Origin: a virus
Lineage: Duplodnaviria; Heunggongvirae; Uroviricota; Caudoviricetes
Strand: one strand, 5' to 3'
DNA: 21,361 bases
Virus record (IMG/VR): IMGVR_UViG_2690316028_000007
Shown here: piece after piece, positions 17,516 to 21,361 of the stretch
Layout: every line of letters starts with the position of its first letter
How positions within the stretch are numbered: position 1 is the first letter of the stretch
Position numbers and translations under genes: made by a program
The notes under the pieces: generated by a model
The model's database searches: none
What the model was told of the DNA's origin: nothing
Seen by the model: the letters and a program-made list of their open reading frames with translations, nothing else

Positions 17516-18262
17516 TTACTGACGGTGGACATTCAGTCCGGCATAGCTTTGGGTAACCGGCATCATTTCCAGGGTATTGATATTGACGTGAGCAGGCAGC
17601 GTTGACACCCACCAAACGGCTTCGCTGACATCTTCTGGCGTCAATGCAACGGTATTTTGATAGGTTTTTTCCGCTTTACCGTCATCGCCTTTAAAGCGGA
17701 CATTGGAAAACTCGGTGCCACCCACCAGACCCGGTTCGATGTCGGTGACGCGCACCGCCGTACCATGCAGGTCCGTACGCAGATTCAGGCTAAACTGACG
17801 AACAAACGCTTTCGTCGCACCGTAAACGTTACCACCGGCATACGGCCAGCTACCTGCCGTTGAGCCAATGTTAATAATATGACCATGATTACGTTCAACC
17901 ATACCCGGTAAGACGGCGCGCGTCATATATACCAGGCCTTTGTTGTTGGTATCAATCATCGTTTCCCAGTCTTCAACGCTGGCTTTATGCGCAGGCTCCA
18001 TGCCCAACGCCAGGCCGGCATTATTTACCAGGATATCAATATTGCACCACTCGGCAGGAAGCGATGCCAGCATCTCTTCAATAGCGGCGCGGTTGCGAAC
18101 GTCCAGTTGGGCGATATACAGATTATCTCCCAGTTCGTCTTTTAACTCCTGCAACCGCTCCTGGCGACGGCCAGTGGCGATAACTTTATGCCCTTGTTGA
18201 ATAAAACGACGAGTAATGCATTCACCAAAACCTGCCGTTGCTCCAGTTACTAAAACGATCAT
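17516..18262 (-). CDS. ydfG: Short-chain dehydrogenase/reductase (NADP-dependent 3-hydroxy acid dehydrogenase / malonic semialdehyde reductase type)
   Basis: 248 aa from ATG 18262 (the track start at 18277 is a TTG). SDR motifs TGATAGFG and YGATKAF. Synteny. Confidence 0.9.
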   Translation of the reverse strand: MIVLVTGATAGFGECITRRFIQQGHKVIATGRRQERLQELKDELGDNLYIAQLDVRNRAAIEEMLASLPAEWCNIDILVNNAGLALGMEPAHKASVEDWETMIDTNNKGLVYMTRAVLPGMVERNHGHIINIGSTAGSWPYAGGNVYGATKAFVRQFSLNLRTDLHGTAVRVTDIEPGLVGGTEFSNVRFKGDDGKAEKTYQNTVALTPEDVSEAVWWVSTLPAHVNINTLEMMPVTQSYAGLNVHRQ

Positions 18263-18398
18263 CTCACTGTTCCTCAACGCTTTTGTGTGTCAATAACATA
18301 GCACGTGATGCTTAAGAGCGGGTAATACTGGTTTGCAAGATTGCACTCCGTTATCAGTAAGCCTACGCTATGGAACATCTCGCGTTCAGGAGAAGAAA

Positions 18399-20444
18399 AT
18401 GACAACAATGAATCCTTTCCTTGTGCAAAGCACACTACCGTATCTGGCTCCCCATTTTGATCAAATTGCCAATCATCACTATCGCCCGGCATTCGATGAG
18501 GGAATGCAGCAAAAGCGGGCAGAAATTGCTGCCATCGCGCTTAACCCGCAAACGCCTGATTTCAACAATACTATTCTGGCACTGGAACAAAGCGGAGAAT
18601 TACTTACCCGCGTTACCAGCGTCTTTTTTGCGATGACTGCGGCGCATACCAATGATGAATTACAGCGTCTTGATGAACAGTTTTCCGCTGAACTGGCGGA
18701 ACTGGCTAATGATATCTATCTGAACGGTGAATTATTCGCGCGGGTAGATGCTGTCTGGCAGAGCCGTGAATCCCTGGGGCTTGATAGTGAATCCATCCGC
18801 CTGGTGGAGGTGATTCATCAACGTTTTGTCCTTGCCGGAGCCAAACTTGCGCAAGCTGATAAAGCAAAATTAAAAGTACTGAATACAGAAGCTGCGACCC
18901 TGACCAGCCAGTTTAACCAGCGATTACTGGCAGCAAATAAATCCGGCGGTCTGGTTGTGAACGATATCGCGCAGTTGGCAGGAATGAGTGAGCAAGAGAT
19001 TGCGCTGGCGGCAGAGGCGGCTCGCGAGAAAGGTCTGGATAACAAATGGCTGATTCCGCTGCTGAATACCACCCAACAACCGGCGCTTGCCGAGATGCGC
19101 GATCGTGTGACGCGTGAAAAACTGTTTATTGCGGGCTGGACGCGAGCGGAAAAAAATGATGCCAATGATACCCGCGCTATCATTCAACGTCTGGTAGAGA
19201 TCCGTGCACAACAGGCAACACTACTTGGTTTTCCTCATTATGCCGCATGGAAAATCGCCGATCAGATGGCAAAAACGCCAGAAGCAGCACTCAACTTTAT
19301 GCGGGAAATTGTTCCAGCGGCGCGTCAACGTGCGAGCGATGAATTAGCCTCCATACAGGCGGTTATCGATAAGCAGCAGGGCGGGTTTAGCGCGCAGCCG
19401 TGGGACTGGGCATTTTATGCGGAACAGGTACGGCGGGAGAAATTTGATCTTGATGAGGCGCAGCTCAAGCCATATTTTGAATTATACACGGTGTTAAATG
19501 AAGGTGTATTCTGGACCGCGAATCAGCTCTTCGGTATTAAGTTTGTCGAACGTTTTGATATTCCTGTCTACCATCCTGACGTTCGTGTGTGGGAAATTTT
19601 TGATCATAATGGCGTGGGACTGGCGTTATTTTACGGTGATTTCTTCGCCCGTGATTCAAAAAGCGGCGGTGCATGGATGGGCAATTTTGTTGAGCAATCA
19701 ACGCTTAATGAAACGCATCCGGTAATTTATAACGTCTGCAATTATCAGAAACCCGCTGCCGGTGAGCCTGCGTTGTTACTCTGGGATGATGTAATAACCT
19801 TATTCCATGAATTTGGTCATACGCTGCACGGCCTTTTTGCCCGCCAGCGTTATGCCACGCTTTCCGGCACCAACACGCCGCGTGATTTTGTCGAATTTCC
19901 GTCGCAAATCAACGAACACTGGGCAACGCATCCGCAGGTATTCGCTCGCTACGCCCGGCATTATCAGAGCGGGGCAGCAATGCCTGACGAACTGCAACAG
20001 AAAATGCGTAATGCCAGCCTGTTCAACAAAGGGTATGAGATGAGCGAACTGCTTAGCGCCGCACTTCTCGATATGCGCTGGCATTGCCTGGAAGAAAACG
20101 AAGCAATGCAGGATGTCGATGATTTTGAATTGCGGGCGCTGGTGGCGGAAAATATGGATCTTCCTGCTATACCGCCACGCTATCGCAGCAGTTATTTCGC
20201 CCATATTTTTGGTGGCGGATATGCTGCAGGTTATTACGCTTATCTGTGGACGCAAATGTTGGCCGATGATGGTTATCAGTGGTTTGTTGAGCAGGGCGGA
20301 TTAACGCGTGAAAATGGGCTGCGTTTTCGCGAGGCGATCCTTTCCAGAGGTAACAGCGAAGATCTGGAACGCCTGTATCGACAATGGCGCGGTAAGGCAC
20401 CTAAGATTATGCCGATGCTGCAACATCGTGGCTTGAACATATAA
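18399..20444 (+). CDS. dcp: Peptidyl-dipeptidase Dcp (M3-family zinc metallopeptidase)
   Basis: 681 aa from ATG 18399 with AGGAG 8 nt upstream. HEFGH zinc-binding motif. N-terminus MTTMNPFLVQSTLPYLAPHFDQI. Confidence 0.95.
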   Translation: MTTMNPFLVQSTLPYLAPHFDQIANHHYRPAFDEGMQQKRAEIAAIALNPQTPDFNNTILALEQSGELLTRVTSVFFAMTAAHTNDELQRLDEQFSAELAELANDIYLNGELFARVDAVWQSRESLGLDSESIRLVEVIHQRFVLAGAKLAQADKAKLKVLNTEAATLTSQFNQRLLAANKSGGLVVNDIAQLAGMSEQEIALAAEAAREKGLDNKWLIPLLNTTQQPALAEMRDRVTREKLFIAGWTRAEKNDANDTRAIIQRLVEIRAQQATLLGFPHYAAWKIADQMAKTPEAALNFMREIVPAARQRASDELASIQAVIDKQQGGFSAQPWDWAFYAEQVRREKFDLDEAQLKPYFELYTVLNEGVFWTANQLFGIKFVERFDIPVYHPDVRVWEIFDHNGVGLALFYGDFFARDSKSGGAWMGNFVEQSTLNETHPVIYNVCNYQKPAAGEPALLLWDDVITLFHEFGHTLHGLFARQRYATLSGTNTPRDFVEFPSQINEHWATHPQVFARYARHYQSGAAMPDELQQKMRNASLFNKGYEMSELLSAALLDMRWHCLEENEAMQDVDDFELRALVAENMDLPAIPPRYRSSYFAHIFGGGYAAGYYAYLWTQMLADDGYQWFVEQGGLTRENGLRFREAILSRGNSEDLERLYRQWRGKAPKIMPMLQHRGLNI

Positions 20445-20455
20445 ACACCACCAAT

Positions 20456-20485
20456 GGCTGGCCTGGAGATATCGCCAGGCCAGCC
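20456..20485. terminator. Strong hairpin between convergent dcp and ydeJ (likely bidirectional terminator; no strong U-tract)
   Basis: GCTGGCCTGG-AGATATCG-CCAGGCCAGC, 10-11 bp perfect stem. Confidence 0.45.
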
Positions 20486-20488
20486 TGG

Positions 20489-21007
20489 TTATAGCAGTAA
20501 TTGCAGCAGCTGGACGAGGGCAAACCTCACCGCTAAAGCTAATACCGTTTCGCAGTCGCCAGCAAAATGCATAACCGCAGTGTAGGTCTGGCCTTTAATA
20601 TGCCACGCGAACCAGACGGTACCCGCTGGCGTACCATCTTCACCGCCCTCCGGTCCGCCGTAGCCGGTAATGGCAATACTGACATCAGCATCCGCACGCT
20701 CTATGGCACCTGTTGCCATTTCTGCTGCCACTTTCTCACTCACCGCAGAATATCGTTCAAGAGATTGCTGGCTTACGCTGAGGATTTTCATCTTTGCCTG
20801 ATCGGTGAAAGTAACAAAGCCTGCACCGTAAAATTTGGGTGTATCTTCAGCTGCACACAGGGCGCTAGCCAACTTACCGCCGGTGCATGATTCGGCGGTA
20901 GTTAAGCGTAATTGATCCGCGATAAGTCTTTGACTCAACGCGGATGTCAGGTTTTCAATAGTGTCGGTATCTGCGAGTTGTACAATTTTATCTTTATTAA
21001 TGTTCAC
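20489..21007 (-). CDS. ydeJ: CinA-family (C-terminal domain, PncC-like) protein
   Basis: 172 aa. Motifs TTAESCTGGKLASAL and ITGYGGPEG typical of the CinA C-terminal domain. Convergent with dcp as in K-12. Confidence 0.85.
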   Translation of the reverse strand: MNINKDKIVQLADTDTIENLTSALSQRLIADQLRLTTAESCTGGKLASALCAAEDTPKFYGAGFVTFTDQAKMKILSVSQQSLERYSAVSEKVAAEMATGAIERADADVSIAITGYGGPEGGEDGTPAGTVWFAWHIKGQTYTAVMHFAGDCETVLALAVRFALVQLLQLLL

Positions 21008-21282
21008 TGTTTTTTGTCCACGCTATTATATGTAAAGGTGATTTGCTTTTTCTGTATGCTCGTCCAATATAATAATTTTCAAACATATAAATCCGATTAT
21101 TCTGAAAATATGTTTAAGACTCTTCAATCTTCTTAACTTTAGTGAGTTAAATTCTCTGAATATTTGACAGCTAGTGGGCTGATTTTAAATGCCTTATAAC
21201 AATTGGCAGTATTCTTATTTGGCAATTATAAAAATAGCAACCAGACTTAATAAGTCAAACCAAACGCAATTAAGGAGTTAGT

Positions 21283-21307
21283 ATGAAATTTCAGGCCATT
21301 GTATTAG
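21283..21307 (+). pseudogene. First 8 codons (MKFQAIVL) of a secreted small protein, probably ydeI, interrupted by IS5
   Basis: ATG at 21283 with AAGGAG 5 nt upstream. Reading frame runs straight into the IS5 terminal repeat at 21308. Confidence 0.45.
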
Positions 21308-21361
21308 GGAAGGTGCGAACAAGTTCCTGATATGAGATCATCATATTCATCCGGAGCGCAT
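21308..21361 (-). mobile_element. Terminal 54 bp of an IS5-family insertion sequence (inverted-repeat end), continuing beyond the window
   Basis: GGAAGGTGCGAACAAG followed by TTCCTGATATGAGATCAT matches the remembered IS5 terminal inverted repeat and adjacent sequence. Preceded by TTAG, which fits the IS5 YTAR target. Confidence 0.8.

Overview
The window reads as an E. coli-type chromosomal segment: the right arm of a Qin-like defective lambdoid prophage (about 1..13490) followed by core genes. All identifications rest on reading the ORF translations and DNA by eye against remembered protein families and K-12 gene order; nothing was searched or computed. Prophage part, all rightward unless noted: an AT-rich AraC/AppY-like regulator moron; a lysis cassette (pinholin essQ with dual-start MKSM, two inserted ORFs, SAR-type endolysin rrrQ, spanins rzpQ with embedded rzoQ); a cold-shock/moron cluster (cspI, small ORFs, gnsB); a lambda-like cos site; nohQ (Nu1-like small terminase); a large-terminase N-terminal fragment joined out of frame to the C-terminus of tail assembly protein I; a 991-aa lambda-J::side-tail-fibre chimera; tfaQ; pinQ (minus); ydfK (minus). 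The prophage appears to end inside ydfJ, an MFS transporter whose ORF opens only at 13490. Core genes follow: ydfI, ydfZ(-), ydfH/rspR(-), ydfG(-), dcp, ydeJ(-), and the first 8 codons of a ydeI-like gene interrupted by the terminal inverted repeat of an IS5-family element at the window edge. No tRNA, rRNA or CRISPR array was recognised. No obvious multi-gene defence or secretion system is present; the most unusual items are the extra convergent ORF pair inside the lysis cassette, the in-frame J::Stf chimera with HxH repeats, the retained cos site, and the IS5 insertion.
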